The translations under genes and the position numbers were made by a program. DNA of 64,000 nt, from NCBI GenBank assembly GCA_050230475.1, contig JBFLGF010000045.1, positions 1 to 64,000 on the forward strand, read 5' to 3'. The DNA is from Ancylonema sp. Its lineage: Eukaryota. The notes beneath the pieces are model-generated. The model did not search any database. It worked only from the letters and a program-made list of their open reading frames with translations, and was not told the DNA's origin. How positions within the stretch are numbered: position 1 is the first letter of the stretch; every line of letters begins with the position of its first letter. This document shows, piece after piece, positions 1 to 12,321 of the stretch.

Positions 1-114
1 TAGGCACAATTCGGGATATAGGCGTCTGTGCCTATATCACTCTAAATTATACTATATAGGCACACGAGCTATTATGGACTGACAGATGTTGATGTTGTTA
101 TTGTTGATCATGTT

Positions 115-285
115 GACGAGCGGTATCTGTGTGGTGACTTGACTGTGTCTGAGCGAAAACGAAAAACGAAAAACGAAAGAGGCAGGAACTGAGGGTCGAC
201 CAACAAGGACACGGATTGGTCACGAGATTGGTCGAGATTGACGAAGATCGTCGGATGCTCTGATGTGGATCGTTTGCAACGTCAA
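115..285 (+). repeat. Dispersed repeat, paralogous to 43210-43395 (upstream region of the orphan gene)
   Basis: aaacgaaagaggcaggaactgagggtcgaccaacaaggacacgg...cacgagattggtcgagattgacgaagatcgtcggatgctctg recurs with scattered mismatches at about 43265-43395 in the same orientation. Confidence 0.8.
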
Positions 286-419
286 ATATGAGCGGTTATC
301 TCTTTCCTTCGCGTGTTTCACTTAGTGCACCGAGTGCAAAGCAGAATGTCGCGGGACATTCAAAGTCAGCTTTGGGGGGGGAGAAAATAATTTGTCGGAC
401 AACAATCACACATATTCAA

Positions 420-540
420 ACGACATTCCATGTGATACAACGACTCATGATTCGCATGTGCATCTCACTCATTACAATGATGTTTGTTATATCGAATATG
501 TTACACGTGGGAATGTGACACGATGTTAAACGGCACGACA
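420..540 (-). repeat. Dispersed repeat, inverted copy of 33916-34032
   Basis: The reverse complement (tgtcgtgccgtttaacatcgtgtcacattcccacgtgtaac...) aligns by eye with ttgtgccatttaaaatcgtgcctcattcccacgtgtaaatc... at 33916. Confidence 0.75.
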
Positions 541-822
541 GGTGTTTTCAATTGCAGTTTTCCAGCTTGAACTTCAGGCCCTTCGAAACGGTTTTGAAGT
601 TTCGAGTTTTTAAGGCGGCCCGTACCCACGGCACGTGGTAAATGATATTGCACTCTCCGAGTCCGACTCGGGGTGGACCAAAATTGGACTCGCGAGTCGC
701 GCAATTGGTGCGGGACAGACGATAGGCTTCTGTGCCACGAAGTGAATAAACAGCACAGGCTGTGATGACACCCGGTAGCCATTCTTTCACGGAAAAGAAC
801 CGAGTAAGAGGCGCAAATCATC

Positions 823-3609
823 ATGCAGGCGCCCTCTTGCTTCGGAAACTCGGTGATGCAAGCGTTGAGTGCTGTAGAGTTGTCAAGCGCCAAAAATTTT
901 TGCAAGTACAGGCGAGACAGTCATCTCCGCCTGCATCATAGTTTACAGTTGAGCACTCGTAGATCCGGTGCGAAGTTCGTATCTTTAAAAAAAGAAACAG
1001 GATACGGTTCTGGCCAAAATAGACTAGAAAATAAGTCTTTGTCAATTTCAGCAGCTTCAGGATCCTGCGCGGCTCCCGCATCTGGCAGGATGGTTCCTCT
1101 ACCAACTTCTGGAGAAAATGCCGCGCCTTCCTGGGTACAAGCTGCAGGTGCGTCTCCAGAAAGTTTTGCATCTTCAGCAGCTTTGATCGATGTCCGTGGA
1201 AAGGCCCTCAGAATCAGATTCTGGTTGGCAGCACTCTAAAATTATTCTCGCTAATTTAAATATTGGCGCACTTCGAGACAGCAGAGGCAGCTCAGGCGGG
1301 CCTCTTATCTTTTGCATGATCTGCTGGTGGCAAGATACTGAGTTTGCGCAACCTGGGATGACAAAGAGCAGTCTTACGATGTTAGCCCCTCTGAAAATGG
1401 CACCCTGCGCTCACAGGAACGCTGTACTTTTGTTCAGTATGGCCCAAAGCATGGTAAGCCCCCCCCCCTCCTCGCAGTTATCATCGAGGGAATCGATAAA
1501 AACATCTTTCTGCAGAAACACAGATGTCGTTCCGGAACGCCTTACTGTCTGACTGCAACTCAGGTGCACTTCTGGACGGTGCCAAAGGGACCCTCTGTTC
1601 CAAGTGGGTGAAAACGGAGCGATCTGCATCAGGCGGTCCGTTCCTCCATCCTAGCCAAGGGCGTGGGAGCTCCCTCACAACGTCCTGCGAGGCTGGGCTC
1701 AGGTGAGTATGGAAGTGAAATCAGACGGGGGGACCCGTTCCTCCCCGCGCCTTTTTTCCGAGTGGACTTTGCAGAGGGGAGTCTGGCGCTCTGTGAGGGG
1801 GGGCCCGCATTCCGAGTCAAAGAGGCGTGAATAGGTTTGAGCATGCGGGGGCGTTCTCCGCCCATCCCAAAATCGACCCCGACACGGGGGGTGAGAGAAC
1901 CGGCTCTCTGCAGCCTTCCTTGCTCCTTGCCTGCACCGTGTCTTCCATGCCCTCTGCTGGTCAGTGCTGCCAGGTATATCTGAGAAAGTGAAACGGGACA
2001 GCTGTCCGTTTTTCCTCGTTGGCTGTGCTGGGCAGTGCTGTACAACCATGGATCCGGAAGCATGGGGCTGTCCCAGCTGGATGTCATTGCCGTCGACCCC
2101 TCCGGGAAGCTGCTGCGGACAACGAGCATCGACCTGGGGAGGCTGTGCATGGTCCATGACTCCCTCATGAGCCACAGCTACTTCATCCTCGCCATTTCTC
2201 CGTATGAGGCAGGCTTCGGGGATTTAGCGCTAGTGAGTCTGGTGTGCTCAACCACAACATCTGGCTGGCTTGGAACCGAGATGGAGAGATCGAGATGTTG
2301 TCAGAGGTGTGACAGCCTCTGTGCGTCGACGTGGGTAACATTGGAAAAGGAAGCGGTGGTTGTACCGAGGATGACCCCCAATAAATTGCGAAAATGGGAG
2401 CTCACAGTCGATACTTGGAGTAGAGAAGGGGGAGGAGGTGTTCGAGATTGTGGTGCTGTCTTCCACTCGCAGCATTACATCTGTCTCTCATAACTTTCAA
2501 CCTTCCAAAATTACAAATTTTCATCAGCGCAGAAACACAGTATAACAAACGGACACAAGCCGGTCCCCGATCAGCCAGCCCTTCCACCACTCAGGGTCCT
2601 TTGTCGCCTTCTTACCCTCTCCCCCTGCTCGCCCTCCCAGTCCCTCATCGGCATCGATGCTCTCGGCAAATATTTCAAGTACCGCCCAGAGCACGGCACT
2701 CGGATCGTAGTGCTCCACAAAGGAGACCTCTCTGTGGCCGCTGACAACAATGTGGATGCCTTCTCGTCCTACCACGGCTGCAACGCGTACGAGGAAGATG
2801 GCAAGCTGCATTTGCTCCTCAACGTGTTGGTGAGGCCTCTCCCCTCTACTCACAGTGCGCATGACAGCATGACAGCATGGCAGCATGGCAGAGCAGAAGG
2901 CTGGTCGGTTGCAGGCTGTGTTACTCTCTAGATGCGAAATGAGGCGGAGGGAGTCTGGGGAGTCTGATCGGTTGTGATGCCTTCCATCAAAGTGTGTGGA
3001 GTATACCACTGTATCTTATACAGACTCACCAGAATTCGTGTGCGATTTTGGGTGCAGGACGGCCCACGAGAGTCTCTTGAGGCGCAGTTCAGCGACATGT
3101 ACGGCTCGGATTGGAAGCGGGAGAATTGGAACACCATCTGGGACTACCAGCTCGACACGCGTACGTGGAAGGTGTTGGGGAAAAATCCTTTGATGGACCG
3201 GGAAGGGCCTCACGCTCCGCTGGGGATGGAGTTCCCCCAACTCAATCGCAACTACGTAGGAAAGAAGAACCGGTACACCTATGTGCTGGCGGTTGACTTC
3301 GATCGCAACGACAAGGAAGGCGGGATGATGCTGAACTGCATTCAGAAGTACGACTCCCAAAGTGGGGAGGTGAAAACTTTCGAGCTGCCCCCAGGGCAGG
3401 TGCCTGGCGATACAGACTTCATTCCTCGGAGGGGAGGGGTGGCAGAGGACGATGGGTATCTGGTCTCATTTGTGTATGAAGCAGATAGGCACAGGAGCAG
3501 TGTACTGGTTCTAGTTGCGAAGACTTTTGTGGGGCCGGCCGTGGCTGTGGTGAAGCTTGCGTCACATGTTCCCCTTCATTTCCACGGGTGCTGGGCTCCA
3601 AAACTGTAG
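823..3609 (+). CDS. Carotenoid cleavage dioxygenase (RPE65/CCD family), multi-exon; 5' half frameshifted, possible pseudogene
   Basis: Motifs in family order: transit-like N-terminus (823), SKWVKTER (~1598), LALCEGGP (1783), FSAHPKIDPDTG (1854-1890), MVHD (exon 2036-2232), YHGCNAYEEDG (exon 2641-2829), EFPQLN, EDDGY and HFHGCW (exon 3058-3609, TAG). All four Fe-binding His are present. The frame breaks at TGA 1828-1830. Confidence 0.85.
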
Positions 3610-5409
3610 AGGCACGTTGTAAGTGAAGGGTATGTGAAAGCTGTGGCCATTGTGATTTGTTGCGAGCCGCGTGCGGTGCATTGATGTACGGCATGCATGG
3701 TGCTTCTGAGTGCTTGCTCATTACGCAATGTTTGACACTTGTTTTGACAAAAAATAATCGTATGAGTTTGTACATTTATCACGAGGGGGTAGGCAGGTTG
3801 GCGTGTGGACCTGCTGGCGCTGGATCAGAGTGGGATAGTGTGTTTGATTTGTACATTGAATTAGAGTCTATAGGATTTCTATTGCAAGTGGATTTTTTTA
3901 GGTCTGGTGAGGCCGCCGTGAAATACTACATCTCTAGTGAGGGATGTATTGAGTGCTTCCCTTTTTTTTTGGCAATTGCAAGCAACATCGAGATGTTAAG
4001 GGGTGATTCTAATTCAACCCGGTCCTTACAGCAACCACACATCACCAATTGTCACTCACCATACTTGTGTCCCTAATATATGTTCAGATAATTTGCATCC
4101 CTTCGACTCCCCTCATGGCTCTTGGGGCAAACCATATTACTCCTGTCGGACAATATAGGAATCGTGTGTCTATATGGTGATTTGTTGGGGGCACTTGTGA
4201 ATGCTTGTATGGCGCATGTGTGCGTTTTCGATATGATGATTTGGCACAGCGAAGTATTTCGGTGTTATTCGCAATAGCAAGGACACTGAGTTATTGAAGA
4301 AGGCCATTATTGCTCCGCCATGATTACTCCGCCACATGCGGCAACATTCCCGGGGAACACTTCCAGCAACATGTTGGCAGGTAGCCGTCGGTCCACATAA
4401 GTCTCTAATACAATTGGTTTAGTGCAGCAACACCACAATAGCAGCACTCTGGTTGTCAAGGTAAGTCGGAAGTACTTGTCTTTAGTTATGACAAAGGCTC
4501 AGGGTGGTGCATTTTTAATCAAATGTATACTACGCTGTAGAAAGCTTGAGACAGCAATGCACCTGGACAGCAGGACGGCAGTGATTGCTTCGTGTCAGCC
4601 ATGCATTGCATCTTAATGTATCAGGTGACATAGTCAAGAGAATATTTGGTTAGGAAACTAAAATATTCGTTATGTATGAAGTCTATTAGTTTATTTGACC
4701 GTATGCATGCTAGATTGACTACTGGAACATGAAGCGTCTTTTAAGTTATAAGAACGTTCAGAAATTAAGAAGTGATACAAACTTCTTATGCATTAAATTG
4801 ACGGTTTGAGCAACACAAGACACATATTGTGCAAAATGTAGTCAAGCATTACGTTTATGAAACATTCACCACAACCTCTAGTGAGTTAGACAATGGACGT
4901 ATATAAGTCCAAGCTTTGTTCATGAATAACTAACTCATTCATTGCACATTAGTTCGGTATTGTGTATTTTCGAATCTTTAAGTCCATGCGTGAAGTCTTA
5001 TTAGCAGAGCAATAAAATATGCATTCGGGATTGACTCGTTTGACATTAAGTTCATGAGTGCCAAAGGTATGGACATAGGTCTGGCCGAAGGTACAACAAT
5101 TGGTATCATAGCTAATAGAGATCTTGACGATTTTCAGCGGCCGTTTCATTCCGAAGGACAGTAATAGCTGATGGTGAAGCACCTTGTTGGAACAAATGCT
5201 TCGTGAGAATAATGTAGGAATAGGTTGTCTATTTGCCTAAGTTCCCAGTCCGGTATGCATCGTTAATCCGGTCGAAATGGTAGTCTAGACGCATGTCTGT
5301 ACATGCTGCATTTCTATTGGTCTCTGTGAAAGACGGCGTGAGCATCGATATATGTGAAACTCAAGTCAGGTGTACATACTTATTGGTTACCAACATTACC
5401 AACATCGAT

Positions 5410-5604
5410 CTCTACAATTGCAACTTCGATACGTTGAAGAGAACAATCTCTTAATTTCACATCTCAAGAGGCATGACAACATCACAAGATCTTCATTGCT
5501 ACTGCTATGCGGCCACACAGTGACGTGACACCAAAACACATTCACTCCTAATGTTACATTCCCACCTACACCAACGATATGACCTATACACCACGGACAT
5601 CACC
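5410..5604 (-). repeat. 3' flank of hAT-derived gene copy 1, inverted paralog of 33545-33735
   Basis: tctacaattgcaacttcgatacgttgaagagaacaatctc...gacctatacaccacggacatcacc is the reverse complement, with few mismatches, of the sequence just after the copy 2 stop. Confidence 0.9.
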
Positions 5605-5614
5605 NACATCCTAG

Positions 5615-6460
5615 GTGTGCTTCGCAGCCACCCAGCCGGGAAATCGAAATCGCCGACGCAACACTGGCCTCCTAATCAAATATCAACCTCTCAATGGAGA
5701 CGCAAAAAATATATGCATTGACGTCGGAAAGTAAGGCTCATCCCGTTTTATCTTTGGCATGGACTACATCCCCTGCCACCGGAAATTTCTTCACGCATTT
5801 TCGTCAGTTGCTGCGTATCATAGCCACAAGCCACAAGCCACATCTCAATCTGGTCCACTTCTGCACACAGTCCTGCGCAACAATATAGAGATCTGCATTC
5901 GCAGATGATGCTGGTTTGACGTTTCATCACCACTGAAAGTCTTCCAGTTCATCACAATCACTTGTGCCTATACTGGGGTGTGGATGTGGGTGCCAGGTTC
6001 TTCTACCACAGCGCTTTGCAATGGTTTCCCCCCCTCAGGTCCCCACCCCCACCCCCTCATACCTGTCGCTCTGAAAGCACATGAGAACTATGCATCTATG
6101 CCACACCTTTGCGCTCACGCTTGACATGAGCACGACCTTTAAAGCAATCTCACAATCCAACCGAGAAGACAGGGCCCTTATGCCAGTCCGTCACTTGCGA
6201 TTTTCAGCATTCGGCAACTGGATGCCGTCATCATCACCCACGCACACGCGGACGCCATCGGAGGTGACTTGGCCTCCTGTTATCGGTTTTCCTACATCAT
6301 CAAGAATTCGCCACTGTCGTAATCATCCTTCTCCTTCTTCACTCATTCTCTTACTTCTCAGAGGCAGCGTTGACGGGGTGCAGGTCTGGACGACTTGCGT
6401 GACTGGACCAACAACGTGCAAGACCGCATCCCCATCCACGTCACCCACCGAGACTTGCAG
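5615..6460 (+). CDS. Internal four-exon fragment of a plant PhnP-like metallo-beta-lactamase-fold hydrolase
   Basis: Exons 5615-5730, 5997-6038, 6208-6263 and 6384-6460 splice (GT-AG) in frame to VCFAATQPGNRNRRRNTGLLIKYQPLNGDAKNICIDVGKFFYHSALQWFPPLSIRQLDAVIITHAHADAIGGLDDLRDWTNNVQDRIPIHVTHRDLQ (THxHxD motif). No start or stop; bounded by N at 5605 and 6488. Confidence 0.9.
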
Positions 6461-6488
6461 GTCCTCCCACCACTCACTCGCCATCGAN

Positions 6489-8279
6489 ACTCCACCGCCA
6501 CCTCCAGCGTGCTCATGTGGCTCAGCAGCTGCCCGAAGCACTCCACCACATCCCCCAGGGAGGCTGCGTCCGACTCCAGGATCTCGTTCGCGGACTTCAA
6601 CGGCGCCAGAACCCGGGCGATCTTCACCCACAAAAAGGTGACGTGTCACTCTCGACTGGACCCGTGAGCGAGCGAGCGAGCGGGGGGGGAGGAGTGGGTG
6701 ACGCACCGCCTCCAACGTGCCCCAAAACTCCTCGTCCTGACACGTCTCTACCACGAGAGCTGTTTTCTCACGCAGAGAGGGGATGAGCTCGGCCGCACCA
6801 AAGGAGCTCCCCCCATCCGCGAACACAGACCGAAGCGGTCCCGCGACCTGCCGCCACAACCACCACCACCGACGTGAGAAGGACAGAGGATGGAGGCATT
6901 CGGTTCCCGGGTCCCCCACACCTCCAGGAGAGCGGAAACTGCATCTGCCATGGACCCCCACCGAGTCTGGCTAGGGAGGCGCAGAGAGGCCGCCTTCCCC
7001 AACACCTGCTCGCTCTTCTCGTTCAGCTTCGCGTTCGCCCGCCCATGAAGCGCCATCCACGCGACGGCGCGCACCGCCCGCTCCAACACCTCCGTGTACG
7101 CGTCAGAGGACTGCGGCAACGGCGAGGGCTCGGAATGCGTCACATCTGCTGCCTCCGAGAGCACCTCTGAAGAAGTTTCACCTTGAAGAAGTCTCCCGCC
7201 ACCAGAGAGAGCTGGCGCGCGGCGCAATCCACGGCCAGAATGTCTGGGCGGGTGGGCAGGAGGAGGTGGCGCCCTCTGTTGCAAGTGGCGGGGGCAGTGA
7301 TGGCATGCACCTCCACAGAGAACTCCTTCTCCACCTTCTCCACCATCTCCCTCACCTTCTCGCCCAAACATTCGGCACTCTCGCGATCCTCGGTCACGTC
7401 CGACACCGAGAACGCAAACCCCTGAACGGCAGCGCACCCGATGAGTCGCGACTCACAGCAGGTCGAAGGGAGGCGGAGGGAGAGGGGTACCTGACGGTCG
7501 TCTGTGGCGACCACGAATCCGAGCATGTGCTCCTTCGTTCTGTTGACCCAGGTGTCGAACAACAGACTCACTCCTGTTGCCGTCTTCAGCTTCTTCCGCA
7601 TCGTGTTTTCCGCCTTTTTCGCGACTCTGTCGAGCACAGTCGTGGCGATGTGCTTCGCAGTCGGCAAGGTCAAGTCCGGACGGAGGTGCCCCATCAAGGC
7701 TGCCGTGCTCGGTTCCTCCAGCCACGTGGGAGGAAGGTCGCAGTCGATCATCATCTTCAGCGTCGCCTCCTCGACTTGCTGTCGCTCGCTCACCACCGTC
7801 TGGTCCTCTCGGCCGAGCTCTAGAGTCAACTGTCGGCCCCGTTCCTTTCGTTCCGCTGGGCTCCTTCCCGAAGCCAACCTCTTCTCCAGGTTATGGTTAC
7901 GCAGCATTCTCGTGTAACCCGCCCTCGCACTCGGGTTATCAAAGAACAGACACTTGCTCAGGTGTCTCACCATGTCCCGTTTTATCCCGGCACACGTCCA
8001 CCCGTCCTTTCCTTCCGGCCACGCATCTCGGATCTTACAGTAGTTGCAGATGGCCTGGAACGCTTTGGGATTCGCGCGTTCACCACCCGACCCATTAGCA
8101 CACAGTCTCTTCTCAAAATGGATCTTCCACAAATCATTCTCCAACTCCTCAGCCCCTTCCACCAACTCCTTCGGCCTCGCGACTGCTTGTTGTAAGGGTG
8201 TGGAATCCGACGAGCCCTGGTCTGGGAGGGGACCATTCTGGAGTTCGTGTACGACGGAGACGCCATTCGTGTCGTCCAT
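6489..8279 (-). mobile_element. hAT transposase-derived gene, copy 1, 3'-truncated at N 6488
   Basis: BED finger (LWK...AICNYCK...MVRHLSKC), VSLLFDTW, DCAARQLSL and TRWGS; spliceosomal introns; high nucleotide similarity to 30513-32425. Shared upstream sequence extends to about 8585. Confidence 0.85.
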
Positions 8280-8804
8280 GACTACCCCGTGAACCAACTT
8301 CGTCAATCACTGACGATCGCACCCGCCCTTCGTGAAACGCTGCTGGACTCTCTGACTTTGGGTCGTGAGACACACGACGCAAACACCGACTCTGACACAC
8401 TGACAGAAATGGAGGACGGGGATGGATTGGCGAGGGCCCGGGGATGGTGAGGGTTTGATCGGGGAAGGAGGGGGATGGAATGGAAGGGATCGTGACGTCA
8501 GGGTTCTGAGGGGTTTCGTTTTATGGAGCACGCCCCAATATTACGTACAATGAAAAGTGCGCGATTTAGTCGACCACTTTTCCCGTAATGCCCGTATTTC
8601 GAGGAAAACAAATCATTTATAATTACTGTACCACCCAGAGATATTGATCCAAAATAAATTCCCATGAGGGCGGATCATATCACTTAATTAATTGTTTTTC
8701 CCGTTATCTTTTTAGGGTGTTTTTTAATACGCCTGCCTCTCTTCTCTGTCGGCCGTCAAAAAATGTCATTGTCGACCGATTGAATCACTCGCAATTTTAA
8801 ATTA

Positions 8805-9100
8805 AAGACGAACCGGACGAACCGGGGGGAGATGAGCCGGTTGGAGGTACTCGTGACGGGTATCGCCGAAACAAATTGCTTCACAGGCGACACGACTCGA
8901 TCTGAACGGCAGAACGACCACCTCGACTCCGATTCGCGGGATTCTGCGATCCCGGCCTGTGATCATGTGCAGGCTCGCTCGCTAAAACAATCGAATGCAC
9001 GCTATACCGCAAAACTCCATGCACCGCTTTCACGCACGCACAATCCCTTGGGAGCAACCGGCGGCACATCCTCCATATAGGCAGACGACAATATATGGAC
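8805..9100 (-). ncRNA. Candidate structured non-coding RNA of unknown family
   Basis: Ends pair (9055-9074 with 8828-8843, including GCCGGTTG/CAACCGGC). 11-bp stem 8914-8924/8844-8854 and several internal hairpins, one with a GAAA tetraloop. TTTATAA at 9129-9123 and a USE-like CCCCAAATC at 9171-9163. Confidence 0.35.
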
Positions 9101-9759
9101 TGACATAGATACATGCCGCGAGTTATAAAGCCCTCAAAGACATTGTTTTGCCCCGAAAAGGAGATTTGGGGTGGATTTTCATCCCATGGATCAGGCTGAA
9201 ATAAATACATTTTACCCCGGATCTTGTCGACTGGAACCCGTTTTAATAATTATATTAACCCTGGATATTAAACCATTGGCTTGAACGGCATTAAAAAAAA
9301 TCCATTTTTCCCCCTTTTTTCCCTCTCCTCTTTTTTTCTCTGGGCGGTACTTTTTGAAAGAAGATCCCGGGCCCCGTTATACTGACTGCAGACTGCAGCC
9401 TGATCGACTGAAATTTGAAGTAATACACGACCTCTTACAGACACGCTTGCACATACTTGTGCTTCTCTTGTGCACATGAGAGGATCAAACGCCCATGGTT
9501 GTTGAACTATTTATCTCCATTATGCTGAGTTCGATCAGTACTCAAGCCGATAAATCACGTTCTGGCGCAATATTTATGATAAAATCGAAGCGAGAGTACC
9601 GAGACATGGTGCAATGTGTTAGTCTCTCAGGACCATGTCTGAATTTCCAGGGAGATCAGCGTCAAGTGCAAGCAACCAGTAAAATATAAGAGCGACACAT
9701 CGGATACACTAAAAATTGAAGTACTGTACCTCCGAAGTGCACAGGACCATCAAGAAAGC

Positions 9760-12321
9760 ATGAGCTCTTCCGCTCGAAAGGTAGGGGTCGTCCGAATGAT
9801 CAATGACACACAATTCACGAAAACGTTTTGTCTGAGAATTCTGACCCTGGCACTGCTGCCCGCACTATTGATATAATCTCTGAATCATATCATCGCACCC
9901 CTCTTCTTCATCATCGTTTTCCTCATCTTTTTCTGGAAGATCTGCGGGACAAAATGAGTAGGGAGTATTAGAATCACAATCAGTACCGAAAGTATACAAG
10001 AGAGGGAGCACAACCGTATTTCTCTTCTTCTGCCCATGCAGACACCGCGCAGCATCCTCGAGAACGGTTCCTTCCAACTGGGAGACGCCAGCTGGCATGT
10101 CACCGGAGGCTGTGAGCAGCTGACGGCATTCCCTGCGTCTCCCTTTGGCTCTCCTCACGGCCCCCCCACCTCTCCATCAACCTCAAAAAACTCCCACTGT
10201 TACGCCTCTGATTCCTCCAAGCTTTCCCCGCTTTCTCAACATGCAGACGTGTTCCACAGCCCCCCCACCCTCAATACAACGGCTAGCCTCCTCAAGTAGG
10301 CATCCGATACATATACAATTCCAAATTTTCCTCCAGCACCTCTGGCGGGCCCCACAGGCGCTTATCTTGTAGTCTCTAATCGCACAGACACGTGGCAAGG
10401 CCCCTACCAAGAAATCACAGATGTTGTCCGGTTGTTCGTAACCTATGCGGTTACTGCATGGGTCCGCATTGGCTCCCCCGACCAATCCCCGGCCCTCACA
10501 TCCAATGTCGACATCGCCCTCAATGTCGACAACGCTTGGGTCAATGTTGGGATGGTCGAATCGGATTCGAGGGGCTGGGCCCGCTGTGTGGGCTCATTCC
10601 GACTGGAGAAGAAGCCGAAGTCGGTGAGGCTGTATCTGCAAGGCCCTGCGCCAGGTGTCGACATCTGGTTGGCACATATCCGAGCTGTTCCCCAGGATCC
10701 CCAGGAGGAGCTGGCGAATCTGAAGCAGCGTGCGGAACAGGTACATCGCCCTTGCCTCCCCCCGGCAATCGGAACAAGTACTCTGCTCGGCAGGGGGATT
10801 CCTCGCCCACTCTCCCCTTCATCTGTCCCCTCAGGTTCGCAAACGTGACATCATCATCAACATCACCTCTTCCCCGCCGAACCACATCACCTCCCCCGTT
10901 GTCGGCGCATCCGTGCGGCTCAAGCAGCTCTCTTCCGCCTTCCCCCTCGGCTCCTGCCTCTCCTTGGGGCACGTCAAGAGCCGCGAGTTCCGGCGCTTCT
11001 TTTCTGCACATTTCGATTTTGCGGTCTTCGAAAACGAGTTCAAGTGGGCGCGAACGGAGTGGGACCGCGGAAACCCTAATTTTGAGGCCGTCGATGTCCT
11101 GCTGGCATGGTTGGAAGGGGAGGGGATACCCGTGAGGGGGCACTGCATCTTTTGGGACAATGAAGTTCCTCCCTGGCTGCCAAACCTTCCTGACGCTGAG
11201 TTCGCGGGTGAGAGGTGTTCGGATACACCGACATGATCGAACGCCGGTTTCTAGTCTTGGTTTCACAACTTTGTGGCCGTCCGCAATGGATTTGTAGCAT
11301 GGAAGAGCTGTTGGTGGGCGAGGATCGTCTATCCAATCACTCACAAGTCACTCGTGCCCGTTAGCGACGCAAAGAATGGAGAAGTGGAGATGGGTTCGAC
11401 GCCAACTGTTGAACACCATTTCCCCCAAACTGTTGTGCAGACGCCGTTGACAAGAGAGTGGTCGAGCTCCTCTCCCGTTACAAGGGACGGTTCGCTCACT
11501 ACGACGTGAACAACGAGATGTTGCACGGAGGATTCTTTGCCAACCGCCTCGGCCCGGGTATCAATACCCGCATGTTCCAAATGGCCAAAGCAACGGACCC
11601 GTCGGCCCTCCTCTTTGTGAACGACTTCAGCGTGGAGGATGGGAAAGATTGGAGAGCGAGCCCGCGTAAATATTTGGACTCGATTATGGAGTTGTTGAGG
11701 AAGGGGGCGCCCGTAGACGCGATTGGCATTCAAGGTCATGCATCCAATCCGGTGGTGCCACACGTATTGGACGCATTGGATGTGCTGGCCGAGGCTCGGA
11801 AACCGACGAACCGACCGACGAGTAATTATGATTCGAGTTCCTCACTTTGTGGTCTCGAGATGTTGGTCGGCAAGTCGTCAGATGGTGCGTCAACGCGGGA
11901 CCAATCGATACCCATTTGGTTCACCGAAATGGATGTGGTGTCATCCGACGAAAGAGTCCGAGCGGACGATCTTGAAATGATGTTGAGGACGGCTTATGCA
12001 CATCCCGCAGTCGAGGGAGTTGTGTTGTGGGGGTTTTGGAAGGGATGTGAGGGCTTCCCTACTTGTCGAGTCGATGCGGAGTTGGTGGAAGGAGATTGGT
12101 CTTTGAATGAGGCTGGGAGAAGGTTGGAAATGGTACAAAAGGAGTGGAGGAGCAATGATGTTTGTGGAAGGAGCAACGAGAATGGCCAATTCTGTGGTCG
12201 GGTGCATTGTGGGAGATATGAAGTCCAAGTGGAGTGGAATGGGAAGGTTCAACAGGAGGTGGTCGATCTTGAGAGAGGACCGGGGCCAAAGGTGTTAAAC
12301 ATCGTCGTCAATGCGCCGTGA
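9760..12321 (+). CDS. Endo-1,4-beta-xylanase, CBM4/9(CBM22)-GH10, paralog 1
   Basis: Tentative exon 9760-9780, then 10042-10740 (RTDTWQGP, TYAVTAWVRIG), 10835-11207 (FENEFKW, VRGHCIFW) and 11441-12321 (YDVNNE acid/base, IWFTEMD nucleophile). In-frame TAG at 10297-10299 in the linker. Confidence 0.9.

Noticed and set aside
8805..9100. Assignment to telomerase RNA, U3, MRP, SRP or spliceosomal snRNA
   Set aside because: Diagnostic motifs were not found (C-rich telomeric template, boxes A/B/C/D, GAAAGUCCCC, helix 8, conserved 5' ends); kept only as an unknown candidate.
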